A DNA stretch of 64,000 bases. Source: Acidimicrobiales bacterium (lineage in GTDB: Bacteria > Actinomycetota > Acidimicrobiia > Acidimicrobiales > VFJN01). Positions 16,467-24,881 of this stretch are shown in pieces (the first letter of the stretch is position 1; every line of letters begins with the position of its first letter). The stretch covers positions 10,009 to 74,008 of the forward strand of contig DASSDL010000166.1 in NCBI GenBank assembly GCA_035697145.1, in the 5' to 3' direction. The position numbers and the translations under genes were made by a program. The notes under the pieces are model-generated. The model had not been told where the DNA came from. It saw only the letters and a list, made by a program, of their open reading frames with translations, and did no database searches.

Positions 16467-18284
16467 ATGGCACGCAGAACGGACCGGCCGTGGGTGCGCG
16501 TCGCGCTCGCCGCCGCGGTCTTCGCGGGCACCGCCGTCGTAGTGTTCGGGGTGCTCTCGCCGCCCGAGCGCTGCCCGTCGGTCGAGGCGGCCGAGCTGCG
16601 CAGGTCGGCCACCGAGACCGTCGACTGGTTCACGCGCAACCAGCAACCCGACGGCACGTGGCTGTACCTGTACGATGCCGACAGCGACACGGCGGCCGCG
16701 GCCTACAACGTCGTCCGGCACATGGGAGCCGGCATGGGCCTCTACCAGGCGGCCTCCGAGGGCATCCCCGGTGCGCTGGCGGTCGCCGACCGCGGTACCG
16801 CATGGGCGCTCGACCGGCTCGTCGAGCGTGACGACTGGGCCGCCCCCCGTTACCAGGGCGAGGTTTCGTCGGGGGCGGCGGCGCTGCTCGTGGCCGGCCT
16901 GGCCGAGCGGCGCGCGGCCACGGGCGACGATCGCCACGACGAGCTGCTCGCCCAGCTCGGCTGGTTCCTGCTGGGCCAGACCGAGCCCTCCGGTGCGGTG
17001 CTCGCCTTCTACGACCTCGGCGCCGGGCGTCCCGTGCCCGGTGCCTACTCGAAGTACTACACCGGGGAGACCTACTGGGCGCTGGCCCGCCTGCACCGCC
17101 TGTTCCCCGGCGGGCCCTGGGGCGACGCCGCTAGCCGCATTGGCTCCTACCTCGCCACGAGGCGCGACGTCGACGAGGACCTCTGGCCACCCATCCCCGA
17201 CCACTGGGCCGCCTACGGCCTGGCGGAGACCGTCGCCTTCGAGGACCGCGGGGACGGTCAGCCGCTCACCGACGCCGAGCTGGCCTACGCGCGGCGCCAG
17301 GCGGGTTTGTTCGGCTCGCAGGTGCGATGGGTGAGCCAGCGGTTCGGGCCGTGGGGCGTTGTCGTCAGGGGCCCACACGTCCCCCGCGGTGGCGGGTACG
17401 GGGTGGTGGGGGAGGGCCTCACCGGCCTCTGGCGAGTGGCGGAGGCCGATCCTCGCCTTGCCGACCTGCGCGCCCCTTTGGCCGAGCGGGCAACCTGCAT
17501 CGCCGGGCTCGCGGTCCGGGAGCAATCCGACCCCGTCGAGGCCAATGACTCCGTGGCGCCCGCACGGGTGCGAGGCGCGTGGTTCCGCGACGGTGAGACG
17601 CGCATGGACGACCAGCAGCACGCCCTGTCCGCTCTGCTGCGCACCGTGGCCATCGTCGACGCCGCGGCGGCCGGTGACTCCGCCACCGGCGGCACGGGAT
17701 CGGTGGTGCCGTCGCGGCCCGCGCCGTCGGCCTGGCTCTGGCTGGTCGCCCTGGTCGCGGTGGCGAATTCTTGCCGGGTGGCGCTCGGCGTGCCTCGACG
17801 CGACCGATCCCGGCGAGACATCGCGGTGGTGGCGGCGCTCGGCGGGGTGGCGGGAGGGCTCGTCGTCTACCTCGTCTCCCTGGCGAGCGGTCCTCTCCTC
17901 GACGCCTTCGACGTCAGCGCGCCTGCGTTCCGGATCGCGGCGGGCGCGGTGGGGGCGATAGCGGGGGCGGTCGCGCTCGTGCGTCCCGCGCCCCCACCCG
18001 AGCCGGCGCTGCGCGGCCGGGGTGCGGCGTTGGTGCCGGTCGCCGTGCCGCTGGTCGCAGGCCCGGCCCTCGTCGTGCTGGCCCTGAGTGCACACGCCGA
18101 CCGGGGTGCTGGCGTGGTGGCGCTGGCGCTGGCGATCGCCGTCGGCTTGTTCGCCATCGTCGCCACCCGCGTGGGGGTGGACGGCGTCAGCGGCCGCACC
18201 CTCCGCTGGGCCACGCGGGCGACGGCCGCCGCGGCGGTGGTCGCCGCCGTGCTGCTCGTGGTAGACGGGATCTTCGCCGTCTAA
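16467..18284 (+). CDS. signal-anchored alpha-helical toroid-like (prenyltransferase/terpene-cyclase-like) domain fused to a MarC-like multi-pass membrane domain
   Basis: Lies inside ORF 15900..18284. ATG 16467 is 2 nt after the HTTM stop. The anchor is 'VRVALAAAVFAGTAVVVFGVL'. The repeat-like helical domain includes 'NQQPDGTWLY', 'SSGAAALLVAGLAE' and 'YYTGETYWALARL'. The C-terminal region of about 200 aa has about 6 TM helices with 'ALVPVAVPLVAGPALVV' (MarC-like). Domain names are from memory. Confidence 0.6.
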   Translation: MARRTDRPWVRVALAAAVFAGTAVVVFGVLSPPERCPSVEAAELRRSATETVDWFTRNQQPDGTWLYLYDADSDTAAAAYNVVRHMGAGMGLYQAASEGIPGALAVADRGTAWALDRLVERDDWAAPRYQGEVSSGAAALLVAGLAERRAATGDDRHDELLAQLGWFLLGQTEPSGAVLAFYDLGAGRPVPGAYSKYYTGETYWALARLHRLFPGGPWGDAASRIGSYLATRRDVDEDLWPPIPDHWAAYGLAETVAFEDRGDGQPLTDAELAYARRQAGLFGSQVRWVSQRFGPWGVVVRGPHVPRGGGYGVVGEGLTGLWRVAEADPRLADLRAPLAERATCIAGLAVREQSDPVEANDSVAPARVRGAWFRDGETRMDDQQHALSALLRTVAIVDAAAAGDSATGGTGSVVPSRPAPSAWLWLVALVAVANSCRVALGVPRRDRSRRDIAVVAALGGVAGGLVVYLVSLASGPLLDAFDVSAPAFRIAAGAVGAIAGAVALVRPAPPPEPALRGRGAALVPVAVPLVAGPALVVLALSAHADRGAGVVALALAIAVGLFAIVATRVGVDGVSGRTLRWATRATAAAAVVAAVLLVVDGIFAV

Positions 18285-18426
18285 CCGGTGGACCCTGGCG
18301 CCGACCTACTGACTCGCCTGGGCGGCGTCATGAACGCGTACGCGCGTCGTCCGTATCTGGGTGGGGTCAGATTGTGCCGGGCTAGAGTACGGGTCGTTTC
18401 AGGCGTTCCTTCGGTGGGGGGTGGCG

Positions 18427-19659
18427 ATGTCTCGCAAGATCGACTACCTGGTCTTCGACGCCGACAACCACATGTACGAGACGACGGAGGCCTTCACCAA
18501 GTACCTGCCGCAGGCATACGAGGGCGTCGTCAAGTACGTGGAGGTCGACGGGCGGACCAAGATCGCGTTGAAGAACAAGATCAGCGAGTACATCCCCAAC
18601 CCCACGTTCAACGTGGTCGCGCCGCCCGGAGCCCAGGAGCTCGAGTTCAAGCTGAAGAACCCGTCGTCTAAGACCCGGGCCAGCGACGGTGACATCGAGG
18701 TGGCGCCCCCGCCGAGGTACATCCCCTCGATCCCGGCCTTCTTCAACCCCGAGGACCGCGTCGTCCTCATGGACGAGCTCAGCATCGACCGGGCCATGAT
18801 GTGGCCGACGTTGGCCAGCCTGCTCGAGGAGCGTCTCGCGGACGACCCGCAGGCCACGCACGCGGTCATCCACGCCCTCAACCGGTGGATGCACGAGCAC
18901 TGGACCTTCGACTTCGAGGGTCGCATCTTCCCGACGCCGATCGTCACGCTGCCCATCCTCGACGAGGCCCTGCGTGAGCTCGATTGGGTGCTCGAACACG
19001 GCGCCCGCGCCATCCTCGTACGGCCCGCCCCGGTGCCCGACTACAACGGGCGCCGGCGCTCGTTCGCGCTCGAGGAGTTCGACCCGTTCTGGGAGCGGGT
19101 CCAGGCGTCGGGCGTGCTCATCGGCATGCACGCCTCTGACAGCGGGTTCCAGCGCTACCTCAACGAGTGGGAGGGTCACGACGCCGAGTTCCTGCCGTTC
19201 GTGCGCCAGCGGTCCGCCTTCGCCGCGATCCTCGGTGCCGACCATCGCACCATCAGCGACGTCGTCGCCTCGATCATCGGGCACGGGCTCGCGACCCGCT
19301 TCCCCGACCTCCGGTTCGTCCCCGTCGAGAACGGCAGCGCCTGGGTCCGGCCCCTCGTGCACAAGCTCGAGGGGCTCTACGACCGGTCGCCCAGGCTGTT
19401 CGACGAGGATCCCATGGTGGCGTTCAAGCGGTCGATCTTCGTTCACCCGTTCCACGAGGAGGACACGGTCGGTCTCGTGAAGTTGCTCGGTGCAGACAAC
19501 GTGGTGTTCGGCTCCGACTACCCGCACCCCGAGGGCCTGTTCGACCCCGTCACGTTCGTCGACGAGCTCGACGGGCTGCCCGAGGAGGACAAGCGCAAGG
19601 TCATGGGCGCGAACCTCGCGAGGCTCATAGGCGTCGATCCCGTGGCCAAGGCCGCCTGA
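18427..19659 (+). CDS. amidohydrolase-2 family protein (ACMSD-like metal-dependent hydrolase/decarboxylase)
   Basis: ATG 18427 lies inside ORF 18361..19659. 'IDYLVFDADNHMYE' and the C-terminal 'VVFGSDYPHPEG' are characteristic of PF04909-type enzymes. Confidence 0.8.
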   Translation: MSRKIDYLVFDADNHMYETTEAFTKYLPQAYEGVVKYVEVDGRTKIALKNKISEYIPNPTFNVVAPPGAQELEFKLKNPSSKTRASDGDIEVAPPPRYIPSIPAFFNPEDRVVLMDELSIDRAMMWPTLASLLEERLADDPQATHAVIHALNRWMHEHWTFDFEGRIFPTPIVTLPILDEALRELDWVLEHGARAILVRPAPVPDYNGRRRSFALEEFDPFWERVQASGVLIGMHASDSGFQRYLNEWEGHDAEFLPFVRQRSAFAAILGADHRTISDVVASIIGHGLATRFPDLRFVPVENGSAWVRPLVHKLEGLYDRSPRLFDEDPMVAFKRSIFVHPFHEEDTVGLVKLLGADNVVFGSDYPHPEGLFDPVTFVDELDGLPEEDKRKVMGANLARLIGVDPVAKAA

Positions 19660-19691
19660 CCGGCCCGCCGATCGTCGAGAAGGGAGTCCCG

Positions 19692-20582
19692 GTGGATCAC
19701 GTCGAGCTCATGGCCGTGGCGCGCGATGTCGAGAGCATCGCCATCGATCCGACGGACATCCTGGTCACCGACCAGGTCGCGATCGTGACCGGGGGTGGCG
19801 GGGGCATTGGGCAGGGCGTGGCCCTGGGCTTGGCCCGCTTCGGTGCCGACGTCGCCGTGCTCGACGTGTCCCCCGAGCGCTGCACCGCGACGCAGGCGGC
19901 GATCGAGCGCCTCGGGCGCCGCGCGCTGGGGATCCCATGCGACGTCATGGATGCCGACCAGATCCGCACGGCCGTCGCCGCCACGCTCGAGCAGCTCGGC
20001 CGCATCGACATCCTGGTGAACAACGCCGGCGGGGTGCGCGGCGGGCCGTTCCTCACCATGCCCGAGCGAAGCATGCGCCGGCATGTGGAGATCAACATGA
20101 TCAGCTTGTTCGTGGCCACGCAGGAGGTCGCCCGGGCCATGATCGAAGCCGGCAATGGCGGCTCGATCGTCAACGTTGCCAGCATCGAAGCCTTTCGTGC
20201 GGCACCCATGTTCGCGGTGTACGCCGCCTGCAAGGCGGGCATGGCCAGCTTCACTCGGACCATGGCGTTGGAGCTGTCGGAGCACGGCATCAGGGTCAAC
20301 TGCATCGCGCCCGACCACACCGTGACGCCCGGCTTGCGGGGCAATCTCACCGGCCCGGTCGACCCGAGCACATGGCCGGACTCGTCGGAGGACTGGTCCA
20401 AGGTGGTGCCGCTCGGCCGGGAGGGACTCGTCGAGGAGTGCGCCAGCACGGTGGTGTGGCTGTGCTCGAAGATGTCCGACTACGTCACGGGCGACACGAT
20501 CCACGTCGACGGCGGCACGTGGGCTTCATCCGGGTGGCTGCGCGGCGACGGCGGTGGCTGGACACTCCACCCCGAAATCTAG
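19692..20582 (+). CDS. SDR-family oxidoreductase
   Basis: GTG 19692 is preceded by AAGGGAG. Motifs are 'VAIVTGGGGGIGQGVA', 'ILVNNAGG' and catalytic 'YAACKAG'. Confidence 0.85.
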   Translation: MDHVELMAVARDVESIAIDPTDILVTDQVAIVTGGGGGIGQGVALGLARFGADVAVLDVSPERCTATQAAIERLGRRALGIPCDVMDADQIRTAVAATLEQLGRIDILVNNAGGVRGGPFLTMPERSMRRHVEINMISLFVATQEVARAMIEAGNGGSIVNVASIEAFRAAPMFAVYAACKAGMASFTRTMALELSEHGIRVNCIAPDHTVTPGLRGNLTGPVDPSTWPDSSEDWSKVVPLGREGLVEECASTVVWLCSKMSDYVTGDTIHVDGGTWASSGWLRGDGGGWTLHPEI

Positions 20583-20600
20583 ACGCCGACCAACTATCGG

Positions 20601-21359
20601 TCACGGCTCGAGGAGGTTGGCCTCCAACGCGGCGAGGCTGTCCTCGCCCACACCGTTGGTCAGGAGGAATGCGGAAGCCGACCCGTGCCGGGCGCGCATC
20701 CACGCCAGCAGGGTTGGAATGGCGTCGCCGTGCATCTCGCGGACGGTGCTCGGCAGGTTCGCCAGGAAGGCGTAGTAGTCGGGCTCGTGGACCCGGAGAT
20801 AGGCGTTCCGCGCCGCCCGCGACTCGCCCGTCAGCATGTAGTCGTCGACGATGTCCTCGTCCCGCACGCCGATGGCGCTCAGGAGGATCGCGGCCAGGAT
20901 GCCGGTTCGATCCTTGCCGGCAGTGCAGTGGAACACCGCGGGAAGGGCGTCGGGCCCGGCCAGCAGGGCGACGGCGCTGCCGATCGCCCGCCGACCCTCG
21001 TCGGCCATGGAGATGTAGCCCTCACCCACTGACCGGGGCGACGCGTCCGGTGCGGTCTCGACCGGCCGCCTTGGCCCGCCTACCACGTCGATCATGGGCA
21101 CGTGGTGCACGACGAGCCCGCTGTCGTGCCGGAAGCGCCCGTGGTCGTCCAACTCGTGTTGGGAGCGAAGGTCGATGACCGACCGCAGGCCCAGTTCGAG
21201 GAACAGGTCGAGGTCGGGACCGTCGAGCCGGTGCAGGGTGTCGGCCCGGTACAGCGTCTTCCAGCGCACCCGCCTGCCGTCGTCGGTCTCGTAGCCGCCG
21301 AGGTCGCGGAAGTTGAAGCAGCTGTCGAAGCGAATCAGGCGCTCGGCGAACGTCGTCAC
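20601..21359 (-). CDS. protein-tyrosine phosphatase (Y_phosphatase3-type)
   Basis: 'FNFRDLGGY...LYRADTLHRL' and the P-loop 'VFHCTAGKDRTGILAA' (CX5R). I chose GTG 21359 ('VTTFAERLIRF...'). The ORF extends to 21512. Confidence 0.8.
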   Translation of the reverse strand: MTTFAERLIRFDSCFNFRDLGGYETDDGRRVRWKTLYRADTLHRLDGPDLDLFLELGLRSVIDLRSQHELDDHGRFRHDSGLVVHHVPMIDVVGGPRRPVETAPDASPRSVGEGYISMADEGRRAIGSAVALLAGPDALPAVFHCTAGKDRTGILAAILLSAIGVRDEDIVDDYMLTGESRAARNAYLRVHEPDYYAFLANLPSTVREMHGDAIPTLLAWMRARHGSASAFLLTNGVGEDSLAALEANLLEP

Positions 21360-21427
21360 GCCCGTCAAGCTACCGACGCCGGGTGATCGGGGGCCGAAGG
21401 CAGCGTGAACCCCGCGTGCACTAGGCA

Positions 21428-21517
21428 ATGGCCATGGAGACGCGCAAGATCGGCTCGCTGGACGTGTCCGTCGTTGGTCTCTGCACGAACCAACTGCTCG
21501 GCCGCGCGACACGATGA
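21428..21517 (+). pseudogene. 29-codon remnant of an aldo/keto reductase N-terminus (or captured upstream ORF)
   Basis: It translates as 'MAMETRKIGSLDVSVVGLCTNQLLGRATR*'. The first 20 aa match the canonical AKR N-terminus (M.TR.IGSL.VS.VGLG.NNFG). The stop overlaps the thioesterase start (ATGA at 21514-21517). Confidence 0.55.
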
Positions 21518-22350
21518 GCGACCTGCCCGACCTGCTGCAACTGACCGAGTTCGGCGAGCGGCGCTACCACGTCACCCAGCCGTCGGAGTCGCCCGAGGGT
21601 CGCGACGTGGTCTTCAGCGGGCAGCTGCTTGCACAGATGATCATGGCGTCGGATCACGCGGCGGGTGGAGCCAAGGATGTGCGGTCGGTTCACGCCGTCT
21701 TCGCACGGGCCGGCACGTACACCCGGCCCATCGAGCTCGAGGTCGAGTCGCTGCTAGTCGGTCGCACGTGGGCCAGCGACACCGTGACCGCCGTGCAGGC
21801 GGGGAGGCTGCTGAGCCGCGCCACCGTCCTCCTGAACGTCGTCGACGAGGACCTCATGCGCCACGAGCCGCCGATGCCCCCCGTCCCGGGCCCCGCCGAG
21901 CTCGAGGTGGCACCCGGCCAGGCCTTCCCGGGCGCCGAGCTCAGGCCCGTGCCCGGCCAGCATGAGTTGGGCGGCGTGCCGGTGGACATGGCGTGGCACC
22001 GCTTCGAGCGACCCCTGGCGTCACAGGCGGGCAACCAGGCCGTGCTGATCTGGGCGACCTGCGGCAACATCATCGGTCTCGCCATGCGCCCCCACCGCGA
22101 CCGCGCGCGCATCGAGGACGCTCACGCCGTGATCTCCACGGGAGTCATCGCGCACACGATGCACTTCGTCGACCGGTTCGACGTCTCACAGTGGCTGCTG
22201 GTCCGTCACGAGGCCACCAAGGCCGCCACCGGCCGGGTGTACGGAGACGGCCGGGTGTTCGCCGAGGACGGCACCCTTGTGGCCACGTTTCACCAGGACG
22301 CCATGGCGAGGGCGCCGGCCGGGCCGCTGGATCCGAGGAGGTCCATGTAA
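21514..22350 (+). CDS. acyl-CoA thioesterase II (TesB-like, double hot-dog)
   Basis: 278 aa. 'LLQLTEFGERRYHV...GRDVVFSGQLLAQMIMA' and the second-half 'HTMHFVDRFDVSQWLLVRHEA' fit TesB-type thioesterases. Confidence 0.8.
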   Translation: MSDLPDLLQLTEFGERRYHVTQPSESPEGRDVVFSGQLLAQMIMASDHAAGGAKDVRSVHAVFARAGTYTRPIELEVESLLVGRTWASDTVTAVQAGRLLSRATVLLNVVDEDLMRHEPPMPPVPGPAELEVAPGQAFPGAELRPVPGQHELGGVPVDMAWHRFERPLASQAGNQAVLIWATCGNIIGLAMRPHRDRARIEDAHAVISTGVIAHTMHFVDRFDVSQWLLVRHEATKAATGRVYGDGRVFAEDGTLVATFHQDAMARAPAGPLDPRRSM

Positions 22351-22397
22351 CGGCGGGCCATAATGGGTGCGCGCTCATTGGGGCGGGGGAAAGCACG

Positions 22398-23900
22398 TTG
22401 AACATCGGGATGCTGCTGGAGTTGGCGGCCGAAGGCATGCCCGACCGGATCGCCGTCGGCACCGCGGCCGACGGCATCAGCTACGCACAGCTGTTGGAGC
22501 GCGCCCGCCGGGGGGCGCACGTGGTGCGGGCCAACGGCGTCGAACGGGTCGGACTCGTCGACATGAACTCCTCGGCGGTGCCGCTCCTGCTGTATGCCAG
22601 CGCCCTGGCCGGCGTCCCCTTCGCCGCAGTGAACTACCGGCTGGCCGAAGACCGGCTGCGGTCGGTGATCGAGCGCGTGGCACCGGCGCTCGTCGTGACC
22701 GACGAGGCGGCTCGGGCAAGGCTTCAGGGCGTCCGGGGTCTCGAGCTGCTCGCCCGCAGCGAGCTGGAAGCCCGCTTGGAGCAAGCCGAACATGCCGGTG
22801 ATGTCGAGGTCGACCCCGACGCGGTCGCCATCTGGCTCTTCACCAGCGGTACGACCGGTGAGCCCAAGCCAGCCCTGCTGCGCCATCGGCACCTCGTCTC
22901 CTACGTGCTCTCCACGGTCGAGTTCATGTGCGCGGCCGAGGACGAAGCGACGCTGGTGAGCGTCCCGCCGTACCACGTGGCCGGCATGGCGGCGATCCTG
23001 TCGTCGACCTATGCGGGCCGGCGGATCGTGTACTTGCCCCAGTTCGACCCGGACGGGTGGGTGCGCCTCGCGGAGGAGGAGGCGGTGACCCACGCCATGG
23101 TGGTGCCCACGATGCTGGGCAGGTTGCTCGACGCCATGGAGCGGCACGGCACCACGCTCCCCTCCCTCAGCCACCTTTCCTACGGCGGTGGGCGCATGCC
23201 GGTGGCCGTGATAGAGCGGGCGATGGACCTGCTGCCGCACGTGGGACTCGTCAACGCGTATGGCCTCACCGAGGCAAGCAGCACCGTCGCCGTGCTCGGT
23301 CCCGACGATCATCGGGCCGCGTACGGCAGCGACGATCCCGCGGTCCGGGTTCGACTCGAATCCGTGGGACGGCCGCTGCCGACGCTCGAGCTCGAGATAC
23401 GTGACCCGTTGGGTGGCGTCCTCCCGCCCGGCGAGACTGGGGAGATCCACGTCCGCGGTGAGCAGATCGCCGGCGAGTACCTCGGTCGCAGCGTCCTGAC
23501 ACCCGACGGCTGGTTCCCCACCAACGATTCCGGGCACCTCGACGAGGCCGGTTTCCTGTTCGTCGAGGGGCGGCTCGACGATGTCATCGTCCGGGGTGGC
23601 GAGAACATGTCGCCGGGCGAGATCGAGGACGTGCTGCTCCAGCACCCCGCGGTGGCCGAGGCCGGGGTGACCGGCGTCCCCGACGACGAGTGGGGCGAAG
23701 TCGCAGCGGCCGCGGTCGTGTTCGAACCGGGGGCGAGCACCACTGAGGCCGAGCTGCAGGCATGGGTGCGTGAGCGCCTGCGCTCCTCACGGACGCCCGT
23801 CGTCGTGGATGTGCGCCCGGCGTTGCCTTACAACGAGACCGGCAAGCTGCTGCGGCGGGTGCTCAAGGACGAGCTGGGCCGCCTGCGACCTCGAAGTTGA
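22398..23900 (+). CDS. AMP-dependent acyl-CoA synthetase/ligase
   Basis: Lies inside ORF 21993..23900. TTG 22398 is preceded by GGGGGAAAG (alternative start ATG 22410). AMP-binding motifs are 'LFTSGTTGEPKPALLRH', 'YGLTEAS' and 'PTNDSGHLDEAGFLFVEGRLDDVIVRGGENM'. Confidence 0.85.
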   Translation: MNIGMLLELAAEGMPDRIAVGTAADGISYAQLLERARRGAHVVRANGVERVGLVDMNSSAVPLLLYASALAGVPFAAVNYRLAEDRLRSVIERVAPALVVTDEAARARLQGVRGLELLARSELEARLEQAEHAGDVEVDPDAVAIWLFTSGTTGEPKPALLRHRHLVSYVLSTVEFMCAAEDEATLVSVPPYHVAGMAAILSSTYAGRRIVYLPQFDPDGWVRLAEEEAVTHAMVVPTMLGRLLDAMERHGTTLPSLSHLSYGGGRMPVAVIERAMDLLPHVGLVNAYGLTEASSTVAVLGPDDHRAAYGSDDPAVRVRLESVGRPLPTLELEIRDPLGGVLPPGETGEIHVRGEQIAGEYLGRSVLTPDGWFPTNDSGHLDEAGFLFVEGRLDDVIVRGGENMSPGEIEDVLLQHPAVAEAGVTGVPDDEWGEVAAAAVVFEPGASTTEAELQAWVRERLRSSRTPVVVDVRPALPYNETGKLLRRVLKDELGRLRPRS

Positions 23901-24018
23901 CCCCAACCTGACGACAGATTGTGGGCGACAGCTGAATCCTCCGGGCCGAGTCGGCGGTATGTCATGACAGCGATGCCGCTGGCACGCATGCCCCGATCTT
24001 CATGGCAGGGAGGATCTG

Positions 24019-24546
24019 ATGAGTCTCACATCGCGTCCCGTCGCGCTGGCAGCCGTGACGTTCGGCCTGTTCGGTCTGCTCGGACTGGCTGCCTGCGGCG
24101 ACGATGACGACGACTCGACGACGGACACGTCCGCTGCCGACACGACCGAGCCCGCCGACACGACGACCTCTACCGAGGCCGCTGCCCCTGCCGAGGGTGC
24201 ATCCACCGTGGCGACGGCGGACACCGACCTCGGCACGATCCTCGTCGACGCCGACGGCAGGACGCTGTACCTGTTCATGCCTGACGCCCAGGGTGCCAGC
24301 ACGTGTGTCGATTCCTGCGCGGCCACGTGGCCGGCGCTGCCGGGCCCAGCGACGGCCGGCGACGGCGCCGACGAGGCTCTGCTCGGCACCGCGGACCGTC
24401 CCGACGACGGTTCGGCGCAGGTCACCTACAACGGCTGGCCGCTCTACCACTTCGCCAGCGATGCAGCCCCGGGCGACACCAACGGCCAGGGCATCGGCGA
24501 CGTCTGGTTCGTCGTCGACGCCAGCGGCAACGCCGTCAGCAGCTGA
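24019..24546 (+). CDS. secreted lipoprotein (COG4315 / Lipoprotein_15 repeat type)
   Basis: The lipobox is 'LLGLAACGDD', followed by a Thr/Asp-rich linker. It has repeats 'GTILVDADGRTLYLF...C...CAATWPAL' and 'TYNGWPLYHFASD'. GGGAGGA lies upstream of the ATG. Confidence 0.8.
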   Translation: MSLTSRPVALAAVTFGLFGLLGLAACGDDDDDSTTDTSAADTTEPADTTTSTEAAAPAEGASTVATADTDLGTILVDADGRTLYLFMPDAQGASTCVDSCAATWPALPGPATAGDGADEALLGTADRPDDGSAQVTYNGWPLYHFASDAAPGDTNGQGIGDVWFVVDASGNAVSS

Positions 24547-24801
24547 CGCCACCGAGGCGGACGGCAGTTCTGGCCGCCGAGCCTTCGAGTCAGGCCTGCT
24601 GCTCCTCCGCAGGTCTCGATCCCCGTCGGCTTCACGACGTTCCCCGGCGAGGTCTTCCGGGCCCGGCGCAGCTGGGTCGAGAGGGTCTACCCCAGCCTCA
24701 CCTACTTCAACGAGGTCGACAGGGGCGGCCACTTCGCGGCGTGGGAGGAGCCCGAGCTGTTCTCCGACGAAGTCCGAGCGGCTTTCCGATCTCTGCGCTG
24801 A
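24547..24801 (+). pseudogene. remnant of an epoxide hydrolase (alpha/beta hydrolase) C-terminus
   Basis: The frame has no start and opens directly after the lipoprotein stop. It reads '...VSIPVGFTTFPGEVFRARRSWVERVYPSLTYFNEVDRGGHFAAWEEPELFSDEVRAAFRSLR*', which is the last 60 aa or so of microsomal-type epoxide hydrolases. The remaining 300+ aa are absent. Confidence 0.7.
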
Positions 24802-24881
24802 TCGGCCCGCATGAGCGCGTTGCACCCGCGGTGCGCGCCGCGCAGCTCACGGCGTTGCTCGGTCTGCCATAGCCGAGACCG

